Shown here: positions 42,647 to 52,129 of the stretch, piece after piece | How positions within the stretch are numbered: the first letter of the stretch is position 1 | How the letters are laid out: each line of letters begins with the position of its first letter | Origin: Candidatus Krumholzibacteriia bacterium | GTDB lineage: Bacteria; Krumholzibacteriota; Krumholzibacteriia; WVZY01; JAKEHA01 | Direction: 5' to 3' | Assembly (NCBI GenBank): GCA_029865265.1 | Contig: JAOUHG010000002.1 | Coordinates: 98,357-162,356, forward strand | DNA: 64,000 nt | Position numbers and translations under genes: made by a program | Notes under the pieces: model-generated | The model's database searches: none | Seen by the model: only the letters and a program-made list of their open reading frames with translations | What the model was told of the DNA's origin: nothing

Positions 42647-43751
42647 GGTTCCACTCCTTCGCTTTCTGGTAGAAACGGTCGAAGATGAAGTGACAGTCGT
42701 GCGGTCCCGGCGATGCCTCGGGGTGGAACTGGACGCACTCGACCTTGCGGTGTTCGTCGATGAATCCCTCCAGCGTTCCGTCCGCCGCGTTGGTGTAGGT
42801 GATAGTGACCCCGGCGTGGTCGGCGATGTCGTCGCTGACCGCGAAATTGTGGTTCTGGCTGGTGATGAACACCTGGTTGGTGCGGTGGTCGATCACCGGC
42901 TGGTTGGCGCCGTGGTGCCCGAACTTGAGCTTGTAGGTTTCGGCACCGAGCGCGCGCGCGATGAGCTGGTGACCGAGACAGATGCCGAGCATCGGCGTGC
43001 GCCCGATCAGCTGGTTCACCTGCTCGACCACCTCCGGGATGTCGGCGGGATCGCCCGGTCCGTTGGACACCACCACGAAGTCAAACCCGCCCTCCAGGAT
43101 CTCCGCCGCCTTGAAGCCGGCATCGAACACGCGCGTGGTGACACCCAGCCGGCGCACATTGTCCACGATGCTCTTCTTGACACCCAGGTCGATGACCGCC
43201 GCGCGGCGCTCGTCGCCCGCGTGCAGGGCGTTGAGTGTGCCGGAGACGCCCGCCACCAGCCGCTCGCCGCGGTCGAGCTTCTTCGAGCGCGCCAGCGCCA
43301 GCAGGTCCTCGTCGCGCATGTTCTCACCGCCAATGGCGGCGATGATCGCACCCTTGTCGCGAATGTGGCGCGTGACCGCGCGTGTATCCACGCCGGTTAG
43401 GCCGGCGAGTCCCTGCTCCACCATGAAGGGCTCGAGCGCGCTGCGCCCAGGACCGGGAGAGAAGAATTCCTGCAGGTCGCGCACCACCAGCGCGCGCGCC
43501 GCGGTCGCAGGTTTCTCGTTGTCGTCCACGGTGACGCCGTAGTTGCCGATCTGCGGGTAGGTCATCACCACGATCTGCCCCGCGTAGGACGGATCGGTGA
43601 TGACCTCCTGGTAACCGGTCATCGAGGTGTTGAAGACGACCTCGCCCCAGACGGGCCCGCCCCAGCCTGTGCGGGCCGCCGCGCCGGTGAGAAGGCCGTC
43701 GTAACGGGTTCCGTCGGCGAGGATCATTTTGCCACGCGGGCGGGGATTCAT
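42633..43751 (-). CDS. carA: Carbamoyl-phosphate synthase small subunit
   Basis: Start ATG 43751 after [48 protein letters not shown]. Confidence 0.97.
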
Positions 43752-43807
43752 CGCGTCACCTCCGGTGCAGCGTGTTCGGCCGGCGCGATGTGACCACCGG
43801 CGGGCAC

Positions 43808-43842
43808 AAAAAAACGCCCTCCCGCGATACGCTCGGGAAGGC
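43808..43842 (-). terminator. Attenuator terminator in the carA leader
   Basis: GCCTTCCCG...CGGGAGGGC followed by GTTTTTTT on the minus strand, upstream of the carA SD. Confidence 0.85.
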
Positions 43843-43904
43843 AACAGGGTCGCGCAACGATCACCCCGCATGCGCGCGGGGACAACGGGGTTGTCATGTG
43901 GAAT

Positions 43905-43938
43905 CCCTTCTGGGCCTCGCGGGGCCCGGTTAAAAGGA
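43905..43938 (-). promoter_or_regulatory. PyrR-binding stem-loop
   Basis: CCTTTTAACCGGGCCCCGCGAGGCCCAGAAGG resembles the PyrR site pattern CUUUAA...RUCCNGNGAGGYU...GAAG. Confidence 0.8.
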
Positions 43939-43952
43939 CGTATTGGTAGCGG

Positions 43953-43981
43953 ATACTACGGTCTCGGGGGCCGCGGGTCAA
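43953..43981 (-). promoter_or_regulatory. Sigma70 promoter of the carAB operon
   Basis: TTGACC-N17-TAGTAT directly upstream of the PyrR loop. Confidence 0.7.
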
Positions 43982-44069
43982 GTCCCCGGCCGCAAAAACG
44001 CAATCTTTTGCCCCGGCCCCGCCGCCGGCACGGGCCTCGACGGCAGAGCCGGGGTCCGGTGAGGATTCG

Positions 44070-44471
44070 CTAGCGCGTCTTGTGCAGCGGGCAGGAGAAG
44101 TACACGCCGGTGGCCTGGAAGTCGTTGAGGTCGAGGTCCTCGACACCGCACGCATTGGCGTACTTGCCCCCGTCCACCCCCGGCTTCAGCACGAACTCCT
44201 GCCACCGCCCGCCGTTGTAGCGGCCGTAGCCCGGCGCGGCGTCGGAGATGGCGCCGATGCCGTCGCGAAAACCGGCCGGGCTCTTATAGAGGGCGTCGAA
44301 GTTGCCCGCCCCGGGGCTCACGTTGGCGGGGGTGCCAAAGGTGTTGTACACCTCGCAACCGGCCCAGATCAGGCCGCGCTGGTCCGGCGGTGCCGCGCGG
44401 GTAACCGCCACCGCGGCGGCGATTGACAGGACGCAGCCGACTGCCAGGAATCGAATCCAGTTGGATCGCAT
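44070..44471 (-). CDS. Small secreted hypothetical protein (133 aa)
   Basis: AAGGAGG SD, ATG 44471; signal peptide; APGYGRYNGGRW and YFSCPL motifs. Confidence 0.75.
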   Translation of the reverse strand: MRSNWIRFLAVGCVLSIAAAVAVTRAAPPDQRGLIWAGCEVYNTFGTPANVSPGAGNFDALYKSPAGFRDGIGAISDAAPGYGRYNGGRWQEFVLKPGVDGGKYANACGVEDLDLNDFQATGVYFSCPLHKTR

Positions 44472-44556
44472 GAGAGTCCTCCTTCGTTTCGGTCGTGTGG
44501 GGTTTGTCCCCGATACGAAGCCGGACCATGGATTGGATGAGAGGCGTTGCGGGGCA

Positions 44557-45591
44557 TCACACCGCGATACGGATGCGCCGTTCGCGCACCGGCGCGTCGC
44601 CACGCGAACCCGCCGCGGCGGCACGCAACAGGTCGAATATCTCCGACCCCAGCACGTCGATCTCGGTGAACTTGTAGTTCTCCTCCCCGAAGCGGCGCAC
44701 GGTCTCGGTCTGGCGCGCGAGCATGCGGGCGTCCTGCCGGAAGATGCGCATGGCGAAACGGCGCAGCAGCGGGCGCACCATCCAGCCCGGCACCGGCAGC
44801 CGGTAGGAGAACATCACCGCCAGGCGCGTGCGGTAGTCGCCCAGCGGTGCCAGTGCGGCGGAGATGCACAGGCCGGACTCGCCCAGGCGATACTCCACCT
44901 GGGCCACCGACGGCAGGATGAAGCGGTCGAAGTGGACCACTTCGCCCCCGCGCGGCGCCAACAGGCGGGCGACGACGCCGGGCGGGCGCGATTCGCCGAT
45001 GTACTCGGCCTCGACGCGGTCGGGATGGCGGCGCACCACCACCTCGATTTCCCGTCGCGGGCGATCCTCGCTGCGAAAGAGTCCGCCGTGCAGAAAGGCG
45101 GTGTGCGGAACGTCGAGCGCGTTCTCCGCCACCGCGTGCAGCGAGGCGTCGACGTCGAGGGTCTCACGCGCGCTGCTCCAGCCGCGCACCCCCACATACG
45201 GAAACTGAAACGGCTCGCGCAGCGGGGGGGTGTCCTCCCTGCCGTACACCCACACGAAGCCCTGCGACTCGCGGGTTGCGTACGCCGCGGCGCGCCGCTC
45301 GCGCGCGCGCACGTCGCCCACCAGCCCCGGCACGGCGCGACACTGCCCCGCGGGGTCGAACTGCCAGCCGTGATACGCGCACTGGATGCACTCGCCCCGC
45401 ACCCGGCCCAGCGACAGGGGAACGTTGCGGTGCGGGCAGCGGTCGGCGAGCGCAGCCGCCTGCCCGCCGGCGGTGCGAAACAGCACCACGGGCACGCCGA
45501 ACAGGGACGCCGCCAGCGGTTGCGACCGCAACTGCTCGGACCGGCACAGCGGGTACCAGTCGTCGCGGACGTGTGCAATGAAACGGTGCAT
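44557..45591 (-). CDS. Rieske non-heme iron oxygenase alpha subunit (VanA/PAO-like)
   Basis: DRCPHR...CAYHGW Rieske motif; ENALDVPHTAFLH iron site; start ATG 45591, 7 nt after TATACT. Confidence 0.92.
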   Translation of the reverse strand: MHRFIAHVRDDWYPLCRSEQLRSQPLAASLFGVPVVLFRTAGGQAAALADRCPHRNVPLSLGRVRGECIQCAYHGWQFDPAGQCRAVPGLVGDVRARERRAAAYATRESQGFVWVYGREDTPPLREPFQFPYVGVRGWSSARETLDVDASLHAVAENALDVPHTAFLHGGLFRSEDRPRREIEVVVRRHPDRVEAEYIGESRPPGVVARLLAPRGGEVVHFDRFILPSVAQVEYRLGESGLCISAALAPLGDYRTRLAVMFSYRLPVPGWMVRPLLRRFAMRIFRQDARMLARQTETVRRFGEENYKFTEIDVLGSEIFDLLRAAAAGSRGDAPVRERRIRIAV

Positions 45592-45720
45592 GTCACGCAG
45601 TATAGCGCATGCATGGCGGGCGTGCACGACACCGCTGCGACGCGATTTCCGCAGCGCGATTTCAAATGTTTCGCGCGAGGACCATGAGCGGAGGAGCGGT
45701 GTCGTGCGCAGCCGCTGGAA

Positions 45721-45882
45721 TCAGGATGACTTCGACGACTTCGTGGTGCGGACGGCCTCGGCGAGCCCGCAGTGGTCGCACTTGCTGCCCGCGCGGCGGC
45801 GGCGCAGCCGGCCGGTGACGAGCCAGGCCACGGCGGCGATGACGGCCGCGAGTACAAGGATGGTTTGCAGCGTGTTCGACAT
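45721..45882 (-). CDS. FeoB-associated Cys-rich small membrane protein
   Basis: MSNTLQTILVLAAVIAAVAWLV-RLRRRR-KCDHC, 5 nt downstream of feoB. Confidence 0.7.
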   Translation of the reverse strand: MSNTLQTILVLAAVIAAVAWLVTGRLRRRRAGSKCDHCGLAEAVRTTKSSKSS

Positions 45883-45887
45883 GCTAT

Positions 45888-48125
45888 CTATCCCAGGCCG
45901 ATGAGCCGCCCGCCCTGGAACACGGCAAAGCTCACAATCCACGCGAGCGCGTTCATCATCACCATCATGAACAGCGGCCAGCGCCACGAGTTGGTTTCGC
46001 GCCGCACCACCGCCACCGTCGACATGCACTGGCAGGCCAGCACGAAGAACACCATCAGGCTCACCGCGGTGAGGGAGGAGTAGGCGCGCGCACCCGTCTC
46101 CGCGTCCGTGGCCAGGCGCAGCTTGTCGCGCAGTGTGTGCAGGCCCGCGTCGCTCTCGCCCAGGTTGAACACCGTGGCCATGGTCGACACCATGACCTCA
46201 CGCGCCGCGAACGAGGTGATCAATCCGATGCCGATGCGCCAGTCGAACCCCAGTGGCTCGATGAGCGGCTCCAGCAGGCGCCCGCCGCGGCCCGCAAACG
46301 AGTCGCGCAGGTTCAGCCCGGCCAGTTCGTTGCGCAGTGCGTCGGCGGTGACGACGTCACCGGCCTGCGCGGCGACATCGATGCGCGCCTCCAACTCCCT
46401 GCCCTGCTCGCCCGCACCCGGGTAGGAGGCGAGGAACCACAGGATGATCGATACGGCCAGGATCACCGTGCCCGCCTTCTGCAGGAAGAGCAGGCTGCGT
46501 TCGCGCACCGTGTGCACGACCGTGCGCCACGCCGGCATGCGGTACGGCGGCAATTCCATGACGTACAGCGGTTTTCCGCCCCGCAGCGCCGTGCGCTTGA
46601 GCACCGCCGCCACCGCGATGGCGGCCACGATACCGAGGAAGTACATCGAGAACAGCGTGATACCCGGCAGGGTGAGGAAGCCGATGCGCGTGCGCGGGAT
46701 GAACGCACCGATCAGCACCGCGTACACCGGCAGCCGCGCCGAACATGACATGAAGGGCGCGATCATCATGGTGGTGATGCGGTCGCGCCGGTTGTCGATG
46801 GTGCGCGTGGCCATGATGCCCGGGATGGCGCAGGCGAACGACGACAGCAGCGGGATGAAGGAACGTCCGGAGAGGCCCACCCGCCCCATCACCCGGTCCA
46901 TGATGAATGCGGCGCGGGCCATGTAGCCCGACCCCTCCATCACGGAGAGGAAGAAGAACAGCACCGCGATCTGCGGCACGAATATCAGCGTCGCCCCCAC
47001 ACCCGCGATCACCCCGTCCACCACCAGCGAGCGCAGGGGGCCGTCGGGCAGGTGCGCCCCCACGAAACTCCCGAACATGGATACCGACGAATCGATCCAG
47101 TCCATGGCCGGCGCAGCCCACTCGAACACCGACTGGAAGATCGCTCCCATCAGCAGCACGAAGATGACGGGGCCGAAGATGCGGTGTGTCAGCACGCGAT
47201 CGATGCGCGCGCGTGTGCGCGCCTCCTTGCCCTCGCCGCGGCTGGAAACCGCCACCTCCATGATGTCGTCGATGGCTTCGTAGACGCCGCGCGCGTCGTC
47301 AACGCGCCAGTCCGGCCAGCTCTGGTCGAGGCGGCGGCGCAGCACGCGCAGGTCGTCCTGCACGTCGGGCGGCACGAAACGCGCGATGGCGTCGTCCTCG
47401 CCGTCGTCGAGCAGGATCGCGGCCGCCAGGTCGGTGCGTCCGGTGGACGAGAGTAGCCCGCGCCGCGGCAGGCGCGCGCTCAGGCTGTCCAGTACGCGCT
47501 GCACCGGTGCGGGGCGCTGCCGGAAGGTGCGCGCCGACGGCGCCACTTCGCGCTCCATCAGGCGGCGCAGGTTGCCGATGCCGATTCCCTTGGCCGCGGA
47601 TATTGACACCACCGGCACGCCGAGGCGAAGCTGCAGGGTCTCCTCGTCGATGGAAATACCTTCGGCGCGCGCAGCGTCTATCATGTTGAGCGCGAGCACC
47701 ACGGGGCGCCCGATGCTGATCAGTTGCAGTGCGAGAAACAACTGCCGCTCCAGCTGGGTGGAATCGACGACGAAGACCACCAGGTCCGGCGACGGCGTAT
47801 CGGGGGAGAGCCCGAAGAGCACGTCGCGCACGATCATCTCGTCGGGCGATCCGGGGTGGAGGCTGTAGGTGCCGGGCAGGTCGAGCACGTCCACGCGACC
47901 GCCGGACGGCAGCGCGCACCGGCCCACCTTCTTCTCCACGGTGACGCCGGCGTAGTTGCCCACCTTGGCGCGCATCCCGGTGAGCCGGTTGAAGAGGGTC
48001 GACTTCCCGGAGTTGGGATTGCCGAGGATCGCGACGACGCGCGTCTTCTCCGGGTCGCCGTCGGGGCCGCCCACGACCCGCAGGCCGCCGCGGCGCGGGC
48101 GGATCAGTTCAGACAGGCTCGACAT
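45888..48125 (-). CDS. feoB: Ferrous iron transporter FeoB
   Basis: GNPNSGKSTLFN, VGNYAGVTVE, DLPGTYS, LNMID, FACAIPGIMATR, PFMSCSARLPVY. Confidence 0.97.
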   Translation of the reverse strand: MSSLSELIRPRRGGLRVVGGPDGDPEKTRVVAILGNPNSGKSTLFNRLTGMRAKVGNYAGVTVEKKVGRCALPSGGRVDVLDLPGTYSLHPGSPDEMIVRDVLFGLSPDTPSPDLVVFVVDSTQLERQLFLALQLISIGRPVVLALNMIDAARAEGISIDEETLQLRLGVPVVSISAAKGIGIGNLRRLMEREVAPSARTFRQRPAPVQRVLDSLSARLPRRGLLSSTGRTDLAAAILLDDGEDDAIARFVPPDVQDDLRVLRRRLDQSWPDWRVDDARGVYEAIDDIMEVAVSSRGEGKEARTRARIDRVLTHRIFGPVIFVLLMGAIFQSVFEWAAPAMDWIDSSVSMFGSFVGAHLPDGPLRSLVVDGVIAGVGATLIFVPQIAVLFFFLSVMEGSGYMARAAFIMDRVMGRVGLSGRSFIPLLSSFACAIPGIMATRTIDNRRDRITTMMIAPFMSCSARLPVYAVLIGAFIPRTRIGFLTLPGITLFSMYFLGIVAAIAVAAVLKRTALRGGKPLYVMELPPYRMPAWRTVVHTVRERSLLFLQKAGTVILAVSIILWFLASYPGAGEQGRELEARIDVAAQAGDVVTADALRNELAGLNLRDSFAGRGGRLLEPLIEPLGFDWRIGIGLITSFAAREVMVSTMATVFNLGESDAGLHTLRDKLRLATDAETGARAYSSLTAVSLMVFFVLACQCMSTVAVVRRETNSWRWPLFMMVMMNALAWIVSFAVFQGGRLIGLG

Positions 48126-48342
48126 GGACCCGGGCGGCCTCCGAGCGCCGCAGCGAGAGGTGCGTTCCGCGCACGACCAGCTCCAGCGGATCCCCGAGCG
48201 GCGCGGAACGAACGTAGTGAACGGGGGTGCCGGGCACGAGCCCCAGGTCCATCAGACGGCGCACCAGCGGACCGCCACCGACGATGTCCTGGATGATGGC
48301 GCGAGCGCCCGGTGTCAGATGGTCGAGACGAACCGTCTTCAT
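48109..48342 (-). CDS. feoA: Ferrous iron transport protein FeoA
   Basis: RRLMDLGLVPGT...APLGDPLE...LSLRRSEA. Confidence 0.95.
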   Translation of the reverse strand: MKTVRLDHLTPGARAIIQDIVGGGPLVRRLMDLGLVPGTPVHYVRSAPLGDPLELVVRGTHLSLRRSEAARVHVEPV

Positions 48343-48902
48343 CGCGTGCGCTCCGCGGCGACGCGGGGCCGGGGCAGGTCGCGCGCGATCATCTCGACCA
48401 GGCAGTGTTCTTCACAGATATCACACGCTTCCACGTCGTGGTGCGGGCACACGCGCCGCGTGCGCCGGTAGCGATCCAGAACCGGCGCGGTATCCTCTTC
48501 GCCGGAGCTGAGGATCGCGGTGAGACGCAACAGCCGCGTCATCGCCTCCTGGCTCACCAGGTGCTCGATCATACAGGCATCTTCGTTGGCCACCTCGGCG
48601 GGGACGCCGAGCACATCGCGAAAGAAGACGGTAAGCAATTCGCGGTTGCACTGGGTGCGCGCGGCGAGTTCCTTTCCGGTATCGGTGAGTTCCACGCAGC
48701 CGTAACGCTCGTGGTCCACCAGGCCACGGGCGGCCAGGGAGCGCAGCATGGAGGTAACACCGCTCTTGGAGACCCCGAGGTGGTCGGCGATGTCGCCGAC
48801 ACGCGCGAATCCCTTCTCCTTCTTGAGCGCGGCCACCGCCTGCAGGTAGTGAGCCATCGAGTGGGAGAGTTCCTTTTCCTGATAGCGCTTCCAGATTTCC
48901 AT
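48339..48902 (-). CDS. DtxR/MntR-family metal-dependent repressor with a Cys-rich C-terminal tail
   Basis: HYLQAV...ARVGDIADHLGVSKSGVTSML HTH; EDACMIEH metal site; tail CPHHDVEACDICEEHC. Confidence 0.92.
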   Translation of the reverse strand: MEIWKRYQEKELSHSMAHYLQAVAALKKEKGFARVGDIADHLGVSKSGVTSMLRSLAARGLVDHERYGCVELTDTGKELAARTQCNRELLTVFFRDVLGVPAEVANEDACMIEHLVSQEAMTRLLRLTAILSSGEEDTAPVLDRYRRTRRVCPHHDVEACDICEEHCLVEMIARDLPRPRVAAERTR

Positions 48903-48936
48903 GACTGCCCGTCCGTGTTAGGGATGACGAATAGTG

Positions 48937-48978
48937 TTTAGTCCACTTAATCTAACAAGACAAGGTTGTCTTTTTCAA
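48937..48978 (-). promoter_or_regulatory. feo operon promoter with two palindromic operator candidates
   Basis: TTGAAA-N18-TAGATT with a TGn extension; palindrome AAGACAA-GG-TTGTCTT (48957-48972) in the spacer; DtxR-box-like TTAGATTAAGTGGACTAAA over the -10/TSS. Confidence 0.6.
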
Positions 48979-49063
48979 GCCCCAACTCGGGAATCTTTGC
49001 GCCAATCCCACCCCGGGACGAAACCCTCCCGGCGGGGGCGACCGATGTGCTAAGCTCATTGCC

Positions 49064-49492
49064 ATGAAATGGTTACAACGGCAAATCGACCTGGCCCCGC
49101 GGGCACGGGGCTTTCACCTGGTCACCGCGGAGATCCTGAGGGCGCTGCCCGAACTGGCCGGATTCCGCGTGGGGGTCGCCCACCTGTTCCTGCTCCACAC
49201 CTCGGCGTCGCTGTGCGTCAACGAGAATGCCGACCCCGACGTGCGCGGTGACCTGGAGCGGCATTTCAACCTGCTCGCCCCGGAGAGCGCCCCGCACTAT
49301 GAACATACCGTCGAGGGCCCGGACGACATGCCGGCGCACATCAAGGCCGCGCTCATCGGAACCGGCATCAGCATCCCCATCACCGGCGGCGCCTTCAACC
49401 TGGGCACGTGGCAGGGGATCTTTCTGTGCGAGCACCGCGACCGCGCCGGGTCGCGCAGCCTCGTGGTCACCATCCAGGGAGAAGACGGCTAG
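49064..49492 (+). CDS. yjbQ: YjbQ / UPF0047 family protein
   Basis: RGFHLVT, HTSASL..NENADPDV, EGPDDMPAHIK, LGTWQGIFLCEHR; TGnTAAGCT 7 nt before the ATG. Confidence 0.95.
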   Translation: MKWLQRQIDLAPRARGFHLVTAEILRALPELAGFRVGVAHLFLLHTSASLCVNENADPDVRGDLERHFNLLAPESAPHYEHTVEGPDDMPAHIKAALIGTGISIPITGGAFNLGTWQGIFLCEHRDRAGSRSLVVTIQGEDG

Positions 49493-50679
49493 ACCTGCGA
49501 CGCGGCTGGCACCACTGGTTGCGTCACGCGCGTGGCGTGCAGCACCAGCCACGCCCCCACCGCCGATACGAGTGCGCACACGAACCACACCATGCGCGGA
49601 TCAAGCGCAAACAGCGCCGTGCCTCCGACAGGTCCCAGCACCGCACCGAAACCCCACGCGATCCCCCACGCACCCTGGTAGCGCCCGCGCATATCGGGTG
49701 GCGACACGTTGGCCACGTGTGCGGAGGCCATTGGAAAGTAGAGCATCTCGCCGACCGTCCAGACTACGACCGTGAGCATGAGCAGCGGGACGCTGCGCAC
49801 GAATCCCGTCATGAGAAAGCCGGCCCCGATTACCAGCATCCCCAGCGTCATCACGCGCCGCGCCGGGCGCCGCCGCGTGTACGAGGTCAGCGGCAGTTCG
49901 GTGAGACAGATGATGACGCCGTTCATCGAAATCAGGATGCCGAACATGGCGCTCGAGTGCCCGTAGGCCTCGACCTGCAGCGGGTAGCTGGAAACGAACT
50001 GCATGAAGACCGCGGAGGCGGCCAGCGTCGACGCAATGAAGAGCAGGAAAGGCGTGTCGCGCAGAATGACCGGCAACGCGCTGCGGCGTTCGTCCGTTTC
50101 GTGCTGCTCACCGACGCGGTTGGGCAGCGCAAACAGCGCGATGCCCGCGTAGATCACCGAGGTGATGGCATCACCGACGAAGAGGAGCGTGAAGGAACGC
50201 TCCGCGATGAACCCGCCCACCGCGGGGCCGACCGCGAAGCCCAGGTTGATGGCGAGACGGTACAGCGCGTAGGCGGTCACCCGCTGCGCGGGTTCGGTGA
50301 CGTCCGCGATGAGCGCCGACGCAGCCGGCCGGTACAGCTCGGCGCAGAAGCCGGCCAACGCGGCGAGAACCACCAGCAGCAGGTAGCCTTCGGCACCCAG
50401 GAAGGCGAGCATGACCGCGGCGGAAAGCAGCATCGACAGCACGATGCTGTTGCGCCGCCCGATGTGGTCCGCCAGCCACCCGCCAACGATGGACGCGCCA
50501 ATCGCACCCACGCCGTAAGCGCCCAGGGCGAAGCCCGCCTGTGGCGCGCTGAACCCTTTGCGCGTGAGGTACAGTGCCAGGAACACCAGCACGAAACTCC
50601 CGAAACGGTTGACCAGGGTCCCCGCAAACAGGACCCACACCGGCCGGGGCATGACAGCGATATCGGTTCGAAGTGACAT
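49489..50679 (-). CDS. MFS transporter
   Basis: About 12 hydrophobic segments; motif A GGWLADHIGRR; PPDMRGRYQG. Confidence 0.93.
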   Translation of the reverse strand: MSLRTDIAVMPRPVWVLFAGTLVNRFGSFVLVFLALYLTRKGFSAPQAGFALGAYGVGAIGASIVGGWLADHIGRRNSIVLSMLLSAAVMLAFLGAEGYLLLVVLAALAGFCAELYRPAASALIADVTEPAQRVTAYALYRLAINLGFAVGPAVGGFIAERSFTLLFVGDAITSVIYAGIALFALPNRVGEQHETDERRSALPVILRDTPFLLFIASTLAASAVFMQFVSSYPLQVEAYGHSSAMFGILISMNGVIICLTELPLTSYTRRRPARRVMTLGMLVIGAGFLMTGFVRSVPLLMLTVVVWTVGEMLYFPMASAHVANVSPPDMRGRYQGAWGIAWGFGAVLGPVGGTALFALDPRMVWFVCALVSAVGAWLVLHATRVTQPVVPAASQV

Positions 50680-50726
50680 GGTTCTGGTCCGCCGAAGCGC
50701 GACAGTCTAGCGCCCGCCGGGAGCGG

Positions 50727-50933
50727 CTGGCAAGGGACGCGTGCTTGACGGTCTGCGACGTGCGCGGGCGGCGGGTGCGGCAACTGTGGACGGGAATGCT
50801 GGCGAGCGGGCGAACCCTGGTGCCATGGGACGGCCGCGACGACCGCGGCGTGGCGGTCCCATCGGGCGTGTACTTCCTGCGCGCCACGGCGGGCGCCGCG
50901 GCGGACGTGACCCGGGTGGTACGGGTGCGCTAG
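50727..50933 (+). pseudogene. Orphan T9SS/FlgD-type C-terminal domain fragment (probable gene remnant)
   Basis: LTVCDVRGRRVRQLW...WDGRDDRGVAVPSGVYFLRA...RVVRVR*, with no signal peptide, cargo domain or NPNPFNP strand. Confidence 0.65.
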
Positions 50934-52117
50934 ACCGCCTCTTCGAACGCCACCACCGGGTCGACGTCGGCGTCGTAGTCGACCCCGGCCAGACCGAAAC
51001 CGAACAGCTTCAGAAACTCCGCCCGGTAGCCATCAAAGTCGGTCAACGTGTTGAGATTCCCGGTGGTGATGGACGGCCAAACGCGGTCCACCTCCGCCTG
51101 CACGTCCTCGCGCATCTCCCAGTCGTCCAGGCGCAGGCGTCCCTTCTGGTCCACCGGCGTGTCCCCCGCGGCGTAGAGCCGCGCGAACATGCGCTGCGTC
51201 TGTTCGATGCACCCCTCGTGGGTGCCGTTCTCCTTCATGATCTTGAAGAGCAGCGAGATGTACAGCGGCACCACCGGAATGGCGGAACTCGCCTGGGTGA
51301 CGACGGCCTTCATCACCGACACGAACGCGTGGCCGCCCTTTGCCGCCAGGCGCGCATCGATCGCCTTGCCGGCACGCTCCAGGTCCTCCTTGGCGCGGCC
51401 GATGGTGCCGTCGCGATAGATGGGCCAGGTGAGCCGGGGGCCGATATACGTGTACGCCACGCTGCGGCAGCCGTCCGCGAGGAGCCCCGCGCCGTCCAGC
51501 ACGTCCACCCACATCTCCCAGTCCTCGCCGCCCATGACCTGGATGGTTTCGCGGATCTCTTCTTCGTTCGCGGGCTCGATGGTGACATCACCCACCACGG
51601 CGCGGTCGGTATCGACGGTCTTGCCGTGGTAGGTGGCGCCGATGGGCTTCAAGGTCGACTTGCTCGTCTCACCCGTCCCCGGAAGCGTGCGCTTGGGCGA
51701 GGCCAGGCTGTAGACCAGCAGGTCGATGGGGCCAATGCCGCGCAGCATTTCGATGGTGCGCGCCTTGGCCTCATCGGAGTACGCGTCGACGTTGAGGCTC
51801 CGCGCCACCAGACCCGCCGCGCGCGCTTCGCTTTCGAACGCAACCGAGTTGTACCAGCCCGCGGTGGCGGGGCGGTTGTCGGCTGGCGGCCGCTCGAGGA
51901 ACACACCCACCGTGGCCGCGCCGCACCCGAATGCGGCGTTTATGCGCGAACCCAGGCCGTAACCGGTCGACGCGCCCACCACCAGCACGCGTTTGGGACC
52001 ACCCGCAAGCGTGGGTTTGGAGCGCACGAATTCAACCTGCTCGCGCACATTGGCCGTGCAACCGGTGGGATGGGTGGTGACACACACGAATCCACGAACC
52101 TTCGGCTTGATGATCAT
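50930..52117 (-). CDS. fabV: Enoyl-ACP / trans-2-enoyl-CoA reductase FabV
   Basis: MIIKPKVRGFVC..HPTGC, GASTGYGL, YSLASP, VMGGEDW, GTIGRAKEDL, VTQASSAIP. Confidence 0.96.
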   Translation of the reverse strand: MIIKPKVRGFVCVTTHPTGCTANVREQVEFVRSKPTLAGGPKRVLVVGASTGYGLGSRINAAFGCGAATVGVFLERPPADNRPATAGWYNSVAFESEARAAGLVARSLNVDAYSDEAKARTIEMLRGIGPIDLLVYSLASPKRTLPGTGETSKSTLKPIGATYHGKTVDTDRAVVGDVTIEPANEEEIRETIQVMGGEDWEMWVDVLDGAGLLADGCRSVAYTYIGPRLTWPIYRDGTIGRAKEDLERAGKAIDARLAAKGGHAFVSVMKAVVTQASSAIPVVPLYISLLFKIMKENGTHEGCIEQTQRMFARLYAAGDTPVDQKGRLRLDDWEMREDVQAEVDRVWPSITTGNLNTLTDFDGYRAEFLKLFGFGLAGVDYDADVDPVVAFEEAV

Positions 52118-52129
52118 GGAGCTCCCTTC

